From: a virus
Lineage: Duplodnaviria > Caudoviricetes
Reading direction: 5' to 3' (one strand)
DNA: 56,324 nucleotides
Virus record (IMG/VR): IMGVR_UViG_3300027969_000124
Span: 1 to 56,324 of that record
The position numbers were made by a program, and so were the translations under genes. Shown in pieces: positions 1 through 8,126 of this stretch. How positions within the stretch are numbered: position 1 is the stretch's first letter; the number at the start of each line of letters is the position of its first letter. The notes under the pieces are model-generated. The model made no database searches, was not told where the DNA came from, and saw only the letters and a program-made list of their open reading frames with translations.

Positions 1-1001
1 GTATCCAAGGCTTAGATGTTCTATATCGTGCGATGTCTGGTCAGATGGGTACGGTAGATGCCAAGAAGATTCAGAAGGCATTCTTCGTCAGGGGCGCATC
101 CATCATGGCAATGTCTATGGTCTATTGGTTCTTGACCCACGACGATGATGAGTACAAGAAGCAAGAGCAAGAGACTAGGGACAACTATTGGTTGATCCCA
201 AGCATGGGCATTAAGATCCCTATCCCGTTCGAGGTTGGTGTGATCTTTAAGGTTATCCCTGAGCGTATTGCTGAGTACTTCTTTGGCAACGATACGGGCA
301 AGGACTTCGCAGACTCCATGAAGCGCAACTTCCAAAGCACCTTCATGTTTAACCTAATCCCACAGACAGTATTGCCTTTTTACGAGGCTAAGACTAATTA
401 CTCATTCTTCACTGGAAGAAACATCATTGGGGCTGGATTAGAGGGTGTAGCGCCAGAGTATCAGGTCGGGCCAAATACATCTCAGTTAGCGGCATGGCTT
501 GGTAAACAGACAGGGTATTCCCCTATGCTGATAGACCACGTCATTGGCGGGTACACAGGAACGTTTGGCTCCTACGCAGTGGATGTTGTAGATTCAATAG
601 CATTTGCCAACTCAGATGTTCAGAGACCATCTAAACGCTTCGAGCAGTTGCCAGTGTTTAAACGCTTCCTGCTGGATCCGCAGGCCAAGGGTAACGTGAC
701 TGCGTACTACGACCTCAAGAACTCCGTGGACGAGGCGGTGAGAACCTCCAACTTCCTAGAGAAGACTTCCAACTTCGAGGATATGGGCAAGTACAACGAG
801 GAAACTCTTAGGGTACTGGCATCAAAAGATTTCATCAGCGACATGGAGAAGGACATGAAGGAGTACCGTGAGTTTGCAACTTACGTAAGAACCTCCACCA
901 TGAATCCTGATGACAAGCGGGATGTATTGAGGTCTATCACCGACGCTGAGAATGCCATGACGGCTAACGTCAAGTACCTCAGAAAGTTAATGGATCAGTA
1001 G
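1..1001 (+). CDS. C-terminal fragment of large polyvalent / internal virion protein (LPD38-like domain), 5' truncated
   Basis: The frame is open from the window start (IQGLDVLYRAM...). Motifs YWLIP..IKIPIPFEVGVIFKVIPER, NYSFFTGRNI and SPMLIDHVIGGYTGTFG resemble LPD38-type C-termini. Confidence 0.7.
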   Translation, partial: IQGLDVLYRAMSGQMGTVDAKKIQKAFFVRGASIMAMSMVYWFLTHDDDEYKKQEQETRDNYWLIPSMGIKIPIPFEVGVIFKVIPERIAEYFFGNDTGKDFADSMKRNFQSTFMFNLIPQTVLPFYEAKTNYSFFTGRNIIGAGLEGVAPEYQVGPNTSQLAAWLGKQTGYSPMLIDHVIGGYTGTFGSYAVDVVDSIAFANSDVQRPSKRFEQLPVFKRFLLDPQAKGNVTAYYDLKNSVDEAVRTSNFLEKTSNFEDMGKYNEETLRVLASKDFISDMEKDMKEYREFATYVRTSTMNPDDKRDVLRSITDAENAMTANVKYLRKLMDQ

Positions 1002-1274
1002 ATGATCCCCCTCAAAGAGCCAGCCTATGGTTCTTCGGTGGGCTTCATCCCATGCGTTTAAACGCTCTTGTTTAGACATCTTGTTGCCTTGGTCTATCTC
1101 GGTGTGGCAGGTGAAGCAGAGGGCGGCAATCCTATAGTCATGCGCTTTAAGCCCTCGGCCTTTGCCATCCTTTAATTGATTGGAATGGGCGGCAACAATC
1201 GTCCCATTCTGTATCCCGCATATCTGACAGGGTGACTCCCGTACTATCTCTAGGAGTTTCTTATTCCTGTACAT
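987..1274 (-). CDS. Zn-binding HNH-like protein (DUF1364/YbcO-like)
   Basis: CQICG...AAHSN...GKGRGLKAHD..IAALCFTCH motif. Likely start is MYRNKK at 1274. Confidence 0.65.
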   Translation of the reverse strand: MYRNKKLLEIVRESPCQICGIQNGTIVAAHSNQLKDGKGRGLKAHDYRIAALCFTCHTEIDQGNKMSKQERLNAWDEAHRRTIGWLFEGDHLLIH

Positions 1275-1500
1275 GGTGACGGATGATGTAAGCCACCTCG
1301 TTGCCGTGGAAAGATATACCGTCTTCGTGTTTAAACTTCTTTTCCACGCAGGTAAGAGCGGCGTTCCATGCTGCCTGCCAAACTTCGTAAGACCAGCCAC
1401 CGTCGTCCTCAAAGGCTTTATCCCCCACAAAGTCACAGAATAACTGTTTACACACAGGTTCTATGAGCGGCAGCGTAACCAAGTCGTTTGGATCTATCAT
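1261..1500 (-). CDS. hypothetical phage protein
   Basis: ORF in a tightly coupled minus-strand operon (ATGA overlap with 1497). Confidence 0.6.
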   Translation of the reverse strand: MIDPNDLVTLPLIEPVCKQLFCDFVGDKAFEDDGGWSYEVWQAAWNAALTCVEKKFKHEDGISFHGNEVAYIIRHHVQE

Positions 1501-1844
1501 TTTCGTAACTCCAAGTTATGTTCAGCAAGAATCTTGATTAGGGTTTTTACTGAATCCTTGCCAATGTTTGGCACCTTAGTTTGCCAGTAAGGCTCCTTTG
1601 AATGGAGCAACTTAGCCATCGTATCCATCTTTTGGGAGAGCATCGCACGTGACAGTCTTGTAGGTAGGCTAAGGTAGTCATTAGGATGCCTAAAGAGCCA
1701 CTCTGTTTTGCTTGGCTTTATTCTGCTTTCCAGCATCTCATCGGCTATCTCATAGGCGGTGTCGGTTAGATTTAATCTTTCATGCTTTGTAATTATTAGT
1801 GCGGTCAAGGCTGACATTGCTAGTTCGTCTCTAAATTCTTTCAT
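1497..1844 (-). CDS. protein with RNA polymerase alpha-CTD-like HhH domain
   Basis: C-terminal LSLPTRLSRAM...MDTMAKLL...KVPNIGKDSVKTLIKILAEHNLEL parallels the alpha-CTD pattern L.VR..N.L...I..L...L...PNLGKKSL.EI...L...GL.L. Confidence 0.6.
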   Translation of the reverse strand: MKEFRDELAMSALTALIITKHERLNLTDTAYEIADEMLESRIKPSKTEWLFRHPNDYLSLPTRLSRAMLSQKMDTMAKLLHSKEPYWQTKVPNIGKDSVKTLIKILAEHNLELRK

Positions 1845-2059
1845 TTGGGTTTCCTCATCATCTCCATTGGCTTAACTGATACCACTTCGGTGGATATGCC
1901 AAACAGCGTGCCATGTGCGGGGTTTACCTTGCGCTGTCTCTCTACAAAGGAAGCCATCTTTAAGCTACTTTGCTTTTCTTTATTCTGTACATGCCAACTG
2001 ATCTTGCCCGTTACGGGGCATTCAAAGTTGCGCCAGTCAAATGCGTTTACAACCTTCAT
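1841..2059 (-). CDS. hypothetical phage protein
   Basis: ORF from MKVVNAFDW, with ATGA coupling on both sides. Confidence 0.55.
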   Translation of the reverse strand: MKVVNAFDWRNFECPVTGKISWHVQNKEKQSSLKMASFVERQRKVNPAHGTLFGISTEVVSVKPMEMMRKPK

Positions 2060-2289
2060 TCGATCTCCTTTAGTTTGTCTATTGCTTTCCAAAAATCCTT
2101 CGTGTCTGCTTCGCCGCCATCATCTATGCGTTTACACACATCAGTCGCATGCTCAACGATATCCGTGAGTTGGATATAAGCCCTAGAACCATATTCAAAG
2201 CCCATCTCGTATGCGTTAATCATGGCGGTGACAGTGTTCTCGTCGCACCCAACACTGCGTAGGAGGGTGATCATCTCTTCTTTTTTCAT
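2056..2289 (-). CDS. hypothetical phage protein
   Basis: Coupled ORF MKKEEMITLLRSVGCDE. Confidence 0.6.
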   Translation of the reverse strand: MKKEEMITLLRSVGCDENTVTAMINAYEMGFEYGSRAYIQLTDIVEHATDVCKRIDDGGEADTKDFWKAIDKLKEIE

Positions 2290-2387
2290 TGGTCGCTACT
2301 TATCATCAGAATTGCTACACCGACAATCACAACGATTGCCCCTCCTATACACATAAGAAAAACTGCCCATGCAATTGTTTCAAGCAT
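2286..2387 (-). CDS. small membrane protein (33 aa, not in ORF track)
   Basis: MLETIAWAVFLMCIGGAIVVIVGVAILMISSDQ has a single TM segment and fills the gap with overlaps. Confidence 0.5.
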   Translation of the reverse strand: MLETIAWAVFLMCIGGAIVVIVGVAILMISSDQ

Positions 2388-2595
2388 CTTTGCCTCCTAT
2401 TTCTTTAAGTTTCTCCTCAAGTCTACGGATGCGTTGACGGTTGTACTCGACAACGCTAGTCGCATACTCAAGGGATTTCTCTGCGTGCATCTTGCATAGA
2501 TATGCATCACGCATCTCAATGTCAATAAGTTCTTTTAATGTTCTTGGACGTAGCATATCTCTAAGAAAAGCTACCAATGTTTCTCGTTTAGTCAT
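2380..2595 (-). CDS. hypothetical coiled-coil protein
   Basis: Coupled ORF. Confidence 0.6.
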   Translation of the reverse strand: MTKRETLVAFLRDMLRPRTLKELIDIEMRDAYLCKMHAEKSLEYATSVVEYNRQRIRRLEEKLKEIGGKDA

Positions 2596-2735
2596 GTGTT
2601 GAGTTCCTTTAATTTCTTTTCCACTATTCTGACAACATATTTGTAGTTATCAAGGTCTAGTGCTTTGATGTCCTCATCCGTCAACCCAACCCAAGGCTTC
2701 TTGTACTCTTGGATGTCATCGTCTTCTTCAGTCAT
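2592..2735 (-). CDS. small protein with PWVGLTD motif (47 aa, not in ORF track)
   Basis: MTEEDDDIQEYKKPWVGLTDEDIKAL...KLKELNT, with ATGA overlaps at both ends. Confidence 0.55.
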   Translation of the reverse strand: MTEEDDDIQEYKKPWVGLTDEDIKALDLDNYKYVVRIVEKKLKELNT

Positions 2736-2953
2736 GCTTGTCCCCTTGCTCTGATTAAATCAGCAAGATGTTTCAAAAGTGATTCATCTTCCAGCGTTAT
2801 GTCATCACGACCTGCGTACTCAAAAATAATATTCCAGCACGCCTCACGCTCGGCTTCTATTGCGGGCTTGATCATATCTATTGCTGTTTCATGCAACTTT
2901 TGTTGTATCTCTAACATCGCTATTAACTTGGCAATCTGTTCTTCGTGTGTCAT
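2732..2953 (-). CDS. hypothetical phage protein (AEREAC...IRARG family)
   Basis: EAEREACW...ADLIRARG motif typical of small phage ORFs. Confidence 0.6.
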   Translation of the reverse strand: MTHEEQIAKLIAMLEIQQKLHETAIDMIKPAIEAEREACWNIIFEYAGRDDITLEDESLLKHLADLIRARGQA

Positions 2954-3111
2954 ATGTTCTTCTCCTTTAATGCTTGTTCAATGAACTCACGCAGTTCATC
3001 TATTTCTTCATGTAACCGCTGTTGAATCATTGAGTTAGTAATCATTCCGCTTTGATGGTCGGGGTGTTCTTCACAGCGTTCGCTAAATCCTTTAATGTCT
3101 TCGTATTTCAT
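2950..3111 (-). CDS. hypothetical protein (53 aa, not in ORF track)
   Basis: MKYEDIKGFSERCEEHPDHQSGMIT...EQALKEKNI, with ATGA overlaps. Confidence 0.5.
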   Translation of the reverse strand: MKYEDIKGFSERCEEHPDHQSGMITNSMIQQRLHEEIDELREFIEQALKEKNI

Positions 3112-3464
3112 GTGTTGCGCTCCTTTAATGCTTGTTCTATCTTGCGCCCCATCTCCATTGGCGTGTCATCCAAACTTATGGCATCCATCATTTCTCTATC
3201 CGTCAGCCCTACCCAAGGTTTCTCCAACTTAGACAGTCGGTCACCCAGCTCGCGTATACATACCCTAGCGATTGCTAGTTCGTCCATCAGCCTACGCACA
3301 TGGTCTTGGTGTGATGCAATCATGCGGTTGTTTGCTGGCACTTCATAAACGGCAGGACGGCTTATCTTTTCCTCGCGTGTGGTCTTACGCATAGCCCTGA
3401 TGTACTCTTGCTTGATGCGAGACTCCATCTCTATGCGGTTGAACTCTTCATCTTCCGGTGTCAT
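3108..3464 (-). CDS. hypothetical protein with PWVGLTD motif
   Basis: MTPEDEEFNRIE...KPWVGLTDRE...IEQALKERN. Confidence 0.6.
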   Translation of the reverse strand: MTPEDEEFNRIEMESRIKQEYIRAMRKTTREEKISRPAVYEVPANNRMIASHQDHVRRLMDELAIARVCIRELGDRLSKLEKPWVGLTDREMMDAISLDDTPMEMGRKIEQALKERNT

Positions 3465-3684
3465 GCAGACTCCTTAGTAAATTTGTGTTTTTTTTCCTAA
3501 TCCAAAAACCTGTTTCGTTTAAACACATTTTTTTTGCCTCCATCTCTTTGGTCGTCATGCAGCGACGCTCCTTGGTTCCCATTTCTCCCGTGCGATGTTT
3601 ATCAAATGCACTGGTGCTGTTGAAATATTTATGGCATGTTGGGCATTGATTTCTATCCCCAGAACGTATAGTCAATCTACCCAT
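3448..3684 (-). CDS. FDxHR-type zinc-binding phage protein
   Basis: CPTCHKYFNSTSAFDKHRTG...RC. Confidence 0.65.
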   Translation of the reverse strand: MGRLTIRSGDRNQCPTCHKYFNSTSAFDKHRTGEMGTKERRCMTTKEMEAKKMCLNETGFWIRKKNTNLLRSLHDTGR

Positions 3685-3982
3685 TATTCACCTCTAGTAT
3701 CTTGGCGTTTAGAAGATCCATCTCCATCAACTCGGCAAATGAACTGCCCGATGGGAACCTCATCTGTGATGCCTTGTTCTTCTTGATGATGTTAATGCTC
3801 TCCTCTACCCCTGCATTGAACCCTGCGTTGTATGGATCTCCCTCGTCAGACATCCTAGCGTTGAGCGCTTCACGGATAACCTGAGACATGGTGATCTTCT
3901 TTTTCTTAGCGAACTTCTGTAGCCTTGTTATGCTGTCCGGTTCAAGGTACGTCATAAATGGCTTCACTTTAGAAGGGATCAT
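3677..3982 (-). CDS. ribbon-helix-helix (CopG-like) DNA-binding protein
   Basis: N-terminal PFMTYL..LQKFAKKKKITMSQVIREAL pattern. Confidence 0.55.
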   Translation of the reverse strand: MIPSKVKPFMTYLEPDSITRLQKFAKKKKITMSQVIREALNARMSDEGDPYNAGFNAGVEESINIIKKNKASQMRFPSGSSFAELMEMDLLNAKILEVNNG

Positions 3983-4361
3983 TGTTTAAACTCCATTGTT
4001 CATATTCTTTTACTAGGTCGTCAAAGGCCATCTGTGCCATGCTGTTGCCGTGCAACTCCGTTCTGGAGGCAATGCCACAGCGTTTACACAGTGATGCCGC
4101 AGCATCGTCTTCAGAGTTTGCTTCTACAAAATCTTGGAACATGGGCAGTCGGCAAAGCATTCCCGCCTTGGATACCCTGTTGACGTATGGCGTGGGAGAT
4201 TCATCATCTTGGATGCGAACCAACGCACAGCCATATCTAGACCCAACGAAATCCCGCAGTAACTCCTCTGGGATCTCGTCAGGGTGGATAGAGACAGTCA
4301 GGACGTAACCCGTCCTGTCCTGTTTCAAAGCAACTTTACGGGCTTCAAACTGTAGCGCCAT
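3969..4361 (-). CDS. hypothetical phage protein
   Basis: Likely start MALQFEARK. C-terminal CGIASRTEL motif is seen in phage proteins. Confidence 0.6.
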   Translation of the reverse strand: MALQFEARKVALKQDRTGYVLTVSIHPDEIPEELLRDFVGSRYGCALVRIQDDESPTPYVNRVSKAGMLCRLPMFQDFVEANSEDDAAASLCKRCGIASRTELHGNSMAQMAFDDLVKEYEQWSLNNDPF

Positions 4362-4743
4362 GATTAGTGCGACGTAAGTTAAGTTGCCACTCAAGGAAGT
4401 CGATCACGGCTCTGTAACCGACAGCCTGATGTTCAAGGCTTTTGATTTTTGCTCTCAGTTGTTCGTTCTCTTTAACAAGAATTTCGTTAGTAATTCCACT
4501 GGTATATCTATCAAGAACATCAAATGCCTTCTTCTTGACCTTCAGAACCTTTGGCTCAACCTTCTTCTCAATGGTTTTCTTTCTGTACGTGCGTGGTGGT
4601 TTGGTTTCCTTCTTTATGGCGCTCCTAACCTGATACACGTTAGCCAACGTGGCATCGCACGCTGCTGCAACTTCTTTGACGGTTGCATTGGGATTAACAT
4701 TTAAACATGCACGAATGCGCTGGGCTTTGGTAGTTGTCTTCAT
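4345..4743 (-). CDS. putative HTH DNA-binding basic protein
   Basis: N-terminal KAQRIR...ATVKEVAAAC...VYQVR HTH-like segment, GGAG RBS upstream. Confidence 0.5.
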   Translation of the reverse strand: MKTTTKAQRIRACLNVNPNATVKEVAAACDATLANVYQVRSAIKKETKPPRTYRKKTIEKKVEPKVLKVKKKAFDVLDRYTSGITNEILVKENEQLRAKIKSLEHQAVGYRAVIDFLEWQLNLRRTNHGATV

Positions 4744-4752
4744 GCTGTCTCC

Positions 4753-5046
4753 TTAAAATGGAATATCTTCGTCAGGCAAGTCGTTACTAGGTGCGCTCTG
4801 TGTCGCATCCTTAGACTTGGGAACGAAACGGTCAACGGTGATAGAGAGATAGGTCTTACCGCTCTTGGCTTGTCGTTTCCAACCGCCTAGTTTAAAGATG
4901 TGCAAGCCATCCTCAACACGCACGTTGGTGGATAGATCCTTTAGGTTGATAGCAATCTCACCAAAATAGTCGGGTGACTTCTCGTGCATCTTGCTTGTGG
5001 TTGCGTGGAGGTTGCCTGAGTCGGCACGGGGTTTAAACTGTTCCAT
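4753..5046 (-). CDS. single-stranded DNA-binding protein (DUF736-like)
   Basis: SPDYFGEI...GWKR..SGKTYLSI core with an SSB-type acidic tail ending DEDIPF. Confidence 0.75.
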   Translation of the reverse strand: MEQFKPRADSGNLHATTSKMHEKSPDYFGEIAINLKDLSTNVRVEDGLHIFKLGGWKRQAKSGKTYLSITVDRFVPKSKDATQSAPSNDLPDEDIPF

Positions 5047-5048
5047 GA

Positions 5049-5708
5049 TTAGTCTTTCTTAAAGTTAGCTTTGGCCTCTGTGAAACGTGCAAGCACGGTC
5101 GTATAGAGGGTTTTATCGAATGCCTTCAATGTCTCAAGTTGAGGATGGTTGGCTTTCCAATATGATTTCAGTGCGTCTTCATTCTCACAAATGCCAACGA
5201 ACTGGATCATTGAGTCAGCAAACAATTGCATGTTCGCTGTATCTACTTCAACCTCTGCGATTGCTGTAGGTGTTTCTATCTTGACGATCTTCTTCTCAGG
5301 CTCTTCCGTCCTTACCTCGTCAGGGGGTGTGTCTTCACCCGCATAGATGTACAAGCCTAAACCATGCAGACTCAAAGCCTTTGTCATACAACGCATGATG
5401 GCTGTATTAACTGCAAATGCATCAGGATTTAGTATTGCTTTGTTGCGATAGTCCATCACAGGTAATTGGCAAGTCATTGGTTTGCCAAACAATGTGACTG
5501 TTACAAACACCATTGCTGTGCCATTGATGTCTATATAACAGGATTTTTTCCCGCCCTCATATTCTTCAAACATTTCTATCTTGAATGTGGCTTCAGGATC
5601 AGCCTTTAAAGCCTCTGCCCAAGCCCAAGCCCAAGACAGGTAGGTAAGACCATTCTTCTTTTCCGTGTGGTCATTGACGTTAATCTTCAGTAAATCAAGC
5701 GGGGACAT
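5049..5708 (-). CDS. Sak / DUF1071 Rad52-like single-strand annealing protein
   Basis: INVNDHTEKKNGLTYLSWAWAW, LPVMDYRN, RCMTKAL..HGLGLYIYAGED. Confidence 0.85.
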   Translation of the reverse strand: MSPLDLLKINVNDHTEKKNGLTYLSWAWAWAEALKADPEATFKIEMFEEYEGGKKSCYIDINGTAMVFVTVTLFGKPMTCQLPVMDYRNKAILNPDAFAVNTAIMRCMTKALSLHGLGLYIYAGEDTPPDEVRTEEPEKKIVKIETPTAIAEVEVDTANMQLFADSMIQFVGICENEDALKSYWKANHPQLETLKAFDKTLYTTVLARFTEAKANFKKD

Positions 5709-6573
5709 TGATCTCTCCTTGATATTGTTCGCACCACTGGGCAACTCCGCAGAAGTTTCCTGTGCAACGCTTGGGTTCTCCAAGTCTCGTTTCGACATAG
5801 CCTTTCTCCTTCACTGATAGTTCATTGGCTTCTTCTATTGATTTAAACACTCGGATCGCAGTCTTGCGTCCTTCGCGCTTTACAGCGTAGGTGGTCTCTG
5901 ATTGCCACCTGTCTTGATCGGAGCAAGGTGGTAAGTCCTCTCCGAAATCGGCAGACACCTTAGCGTTACGGTGCAACTCCAAGCGCTCCCGTACGTAAGC
6001 CTCAGTCTTAACTGAGTCCCACATCGGGATATCTACCATGTGGATGGGGCTAGTGGGATAGCCCTCTTTTGTTTCGTGCCGATTGAAGTCACGCACCAAG
6101 GCGCAGATCTGAAGACCCACCACCTTCTTGCGCTTGACCACCTCAACCAACCATTTATAGACATTCAGCTGTTCTTGCCATTCCTCTTTCTCTTGCATCA
6201 CAGCCCATGCTGAGGTGAACTTGTAGTCAATGATGACCACACCCCCCTCGGTATCGTGCTGTAGGTCTATAGCGCCACTGATAGTGACCCCGTCCACCTC
6301 GTGGAACAGACGCTCCTCCATCGTCCACCCCTCTGTATCGCCCCTCTCCATGACCACGTGCAGTGCAGAGCCAAGCATGCTCCACAACATATCTGATACG
6401 TCTTGCTCTATGTTTTCGTTGTACTGTTCACGTAACCTTTTAATTTTCGGGGGTGACATTAATTCTGTTACGCTATAGGAAGACTTGCCCTTGCTGTAGT
6501 ATTCTCTAGTGGCAAGCGTTACCAGTGGGTCTGGAACGTTATGCTTGTTTGTGATGATCAATTTTCTCTCCAA
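5695..6573 (-). CDS. PD-(D/E)xK exonuclease (RecB/Cas4-like)
   Basis: GSALH, ISGAIDL...IIDYK, QLNVY motifs and a C-terminal Cys cluster; adjacent to the annealase. Confidence 0.75.
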   Translation of the reverse strand: MERKLIITNKHNVPDPLVTLATREYYSKGKSSYSVTELMSPPKIKRLREQYNENIEQDVSDMLWSMLGSALHVVMERGDTEGWTMEERLFHEVDGVTISGAIDLQHDTEGGVVIIDYKFTSAWAVMQEKEEWQEQLNVYKWLVEVVKRKKVVGLQICALVRDFNRHETKEGYPTSPIHMVDIPMWDSVKTEAYVRERLELHRNAKVSADFGEDLPPCSDQDRWQSETTYAVKREGRKTAIRVFKSIEEANELSVKEKGYVETRLGEPKRCTGNFCGVAQWCEQYQGEINVPA

Positions 6574-6580
6574 GGTTTTT

Positions 6581-7009
6581 ATGATGAAACATTATGATAG
6601 TGCTATTGTGGATGAATTGCAAGTGCTTTCATTATTTATTTTAGGTGAGCCTGCAAGTAAAGCAAATTCCCGTAGGGTTGTTAAGTTTGGGAACATGTCC
6701 AGACTGATCAAGTCTCAGAAGGCGCTTAACTACTCTGATACGTTCCGTCTGCAATGCCCACCACTGGCTAAATTAATGACTGGTGATCTAAGGGTAAGTA
6801 TGCGTATCTATTACGCAACAAGACGACCCGACTTGGATGAGAGTTTGATCCTAGACCTGATGCAAGGGTTGGTATATGAGAATGATCGTCAGGTAAAAGA
6901 GCGCCATACATACTGGGGGCTAGACGCAGAGAACCCTAGATCAGAGATCATCATCGAGCAGATGCCTGAAGTGGTAGCCAAAAAAAAGCCCCGAACTAAG
7001 CGGGGCTGA
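6581..7009 (+). CDS. rusA: RusA-like Holliday junction resolvase
   Basis: GEPASKAN, RRPDLD..ILDLMQGLVYENDRQV. Start uncertain. Confidence 0.8.
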   Translation: MMKHYDSAIVDELQVLSLFILGEPASKANSRRVVKFGNMSRLIKSQKALNYSDTFRLQCPPLAKLMTGDLRVSMRIYYATRRPDLDESLILDLMQGLVYENDRQVKERHTYWGLDAENPRSEIIIEQMPEVVAKKKPRTKRG

Positions 7010-7392
7010 AGGAGAGAGACAACTGCGCTCCTGCAAGCCCAGTGTCTATAGTTTAAACCATTTTCCCCTGATACCCCAGATACCCCTTAGCCAACAGCAG
7101 GCTCATGGCGTGAGCTTCCCACCCCTTCCCACCCCCTGTTTAAACACATAAATGCTGATCCCGGCGGCCAGCAGCGGCCTAAAACAAGCGTTTAAACATA
7201 GAAAAGCTGATCCCGGAGCTAGGTATCGTAGCAATCGTAGCAAAAGCGGCAATAAGTACTTCCTACCTGTGCCATGTCCTGCATGTCCTAAACATAGCGT
7301 TTAAACGCATATACCGCAAACCCCCGTCTTTGGGTTCCGAAAACATAACCATAAGTCCTCGGTAGTGTTGCTAAATAAAAATTTCTAGGGTG

Positions 7393-7423
7393 TTGACAAA
7401 CTAATAAATAGTGTGTGTATAAT
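7393..7423 (+). promoter_or_regulatory. sigma70-type promoter
   Basis: Perfect TTGACA (7393) and TATAAT (7418) but a long 19-nt spacer. Confidence 0.55.
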
Positions 7424-7427
7424 CCAA

Positions 7428-7526
7428 ACCGTTGTCGTAGTGGTCAACAGTTGGAAAGCCATTTACTCATGCCTCGCCCCGTAAAAAAGGGGAACCACTA
7501 CGGGGCAGTAGTAAGTGGCTTTTTTA
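7428..7526 (+). ncRNA. C4-like antisense/attenuator RNA ending in a U-tract
   Basis: Outer stem 7455-7467/7510-7522, inner stems, and exposed ACCACTACG (7494-7502) complementary to upstream CGTAGTGGT (7436-7444); followed by a T run. Confidence 0.5.
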
Positions 7527-7539
7527 TTGCCTACGCACA

Positions 7540-7795
7540 ACCGTACTCCAAACGTTATTAAGAGTTCAGCCTGACTGCGTGGAATAAAAGGGCTACACGG
7601 TACGTCTAAGACTAGGGGGCAGTTCCCGAACAATCCGTGCGACTGGTCGAATCATCAAGTCGAGGGGCTTAACGAAAGTTAGCATGATGATGCCGTAGGC
7701 GGTGAAACACCTTCTCCTTCCGTCTCCACGTCCGTGGGGTAGGGGGGTCTTTGGGTGAAATTTAGTAAAAAGCCCCGCAAAGGGGCATTAACAAA
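7540..7795 (+). ncRNA. candidate multi-hairpin structured RNA / leader
   Basis: Series of stems, including TAAC-GAAA-GTTA, GGTG-AAA-CACC, GCCCC-GCAA-AGGGGC and ATCATCA/TGATGAT; no ORF covers most of it. Confidence 0.45.
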
Positions 7796-7805
7796 GGAGA
7801 GAGAG

Positions 7806-8126
7806 ATGGATGATAGAGAACTGAGAAAGATGTACAGGCGAGATGCTATGGACACATCTATTGATGCGGCTATAAGCGTTTACCCTGAGTTAAAGAAGTT
7901 ACAAAGCGAGGTCATGGCTTATGCTGAGACAAGACCATTAGGCTTTACTGATGAGCAGATGAATATATATTTCAATACCCATCGGTCAACCTATCGTGCG
8001 AGGCGGTCAGAGTTAATGCACATGGGTCTTATCGTGGACAGCGGGGTTCGTCAAAAGATGCTTAACGGGCGCAATGCTACGGTTTGGATTCTTATTAAGT
8101 TTGTGAAGATCAAACATGCTGAGTAA
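7806..8126 (+). CDS. winged-helix DNA-binding phage protein
   Basis: DTSIDAA...FTDEQ...RARRSEL...GLIVDSG.R...GRNATVW; AAGGAG RBS upstream. Confidence 0.55.
   Translation: MDDRELRKMYRRDAMDTSIDAAISVYPELKKLQSEVMAYAETRPLGFTDEQMNIYFNTHRSTYRARRSELMHMGLIVDSGVRQKMLNGRNATVWILIKFVKIKHAE

Noticed and set aside
7138-7225. CRISPR-like repeat-spacer array
   Set aside because: Only two degenerate repeats, irregular spacing and no cas operon. The Cas4-like nuclease sits in a recombination module.
7660-7715. Hammerhead ribozyme (TGATGA...GAAAC)
   Set aside because: The core CUGANGA is not present (ATGATGA) and the flanking stems do not fit cleanly.
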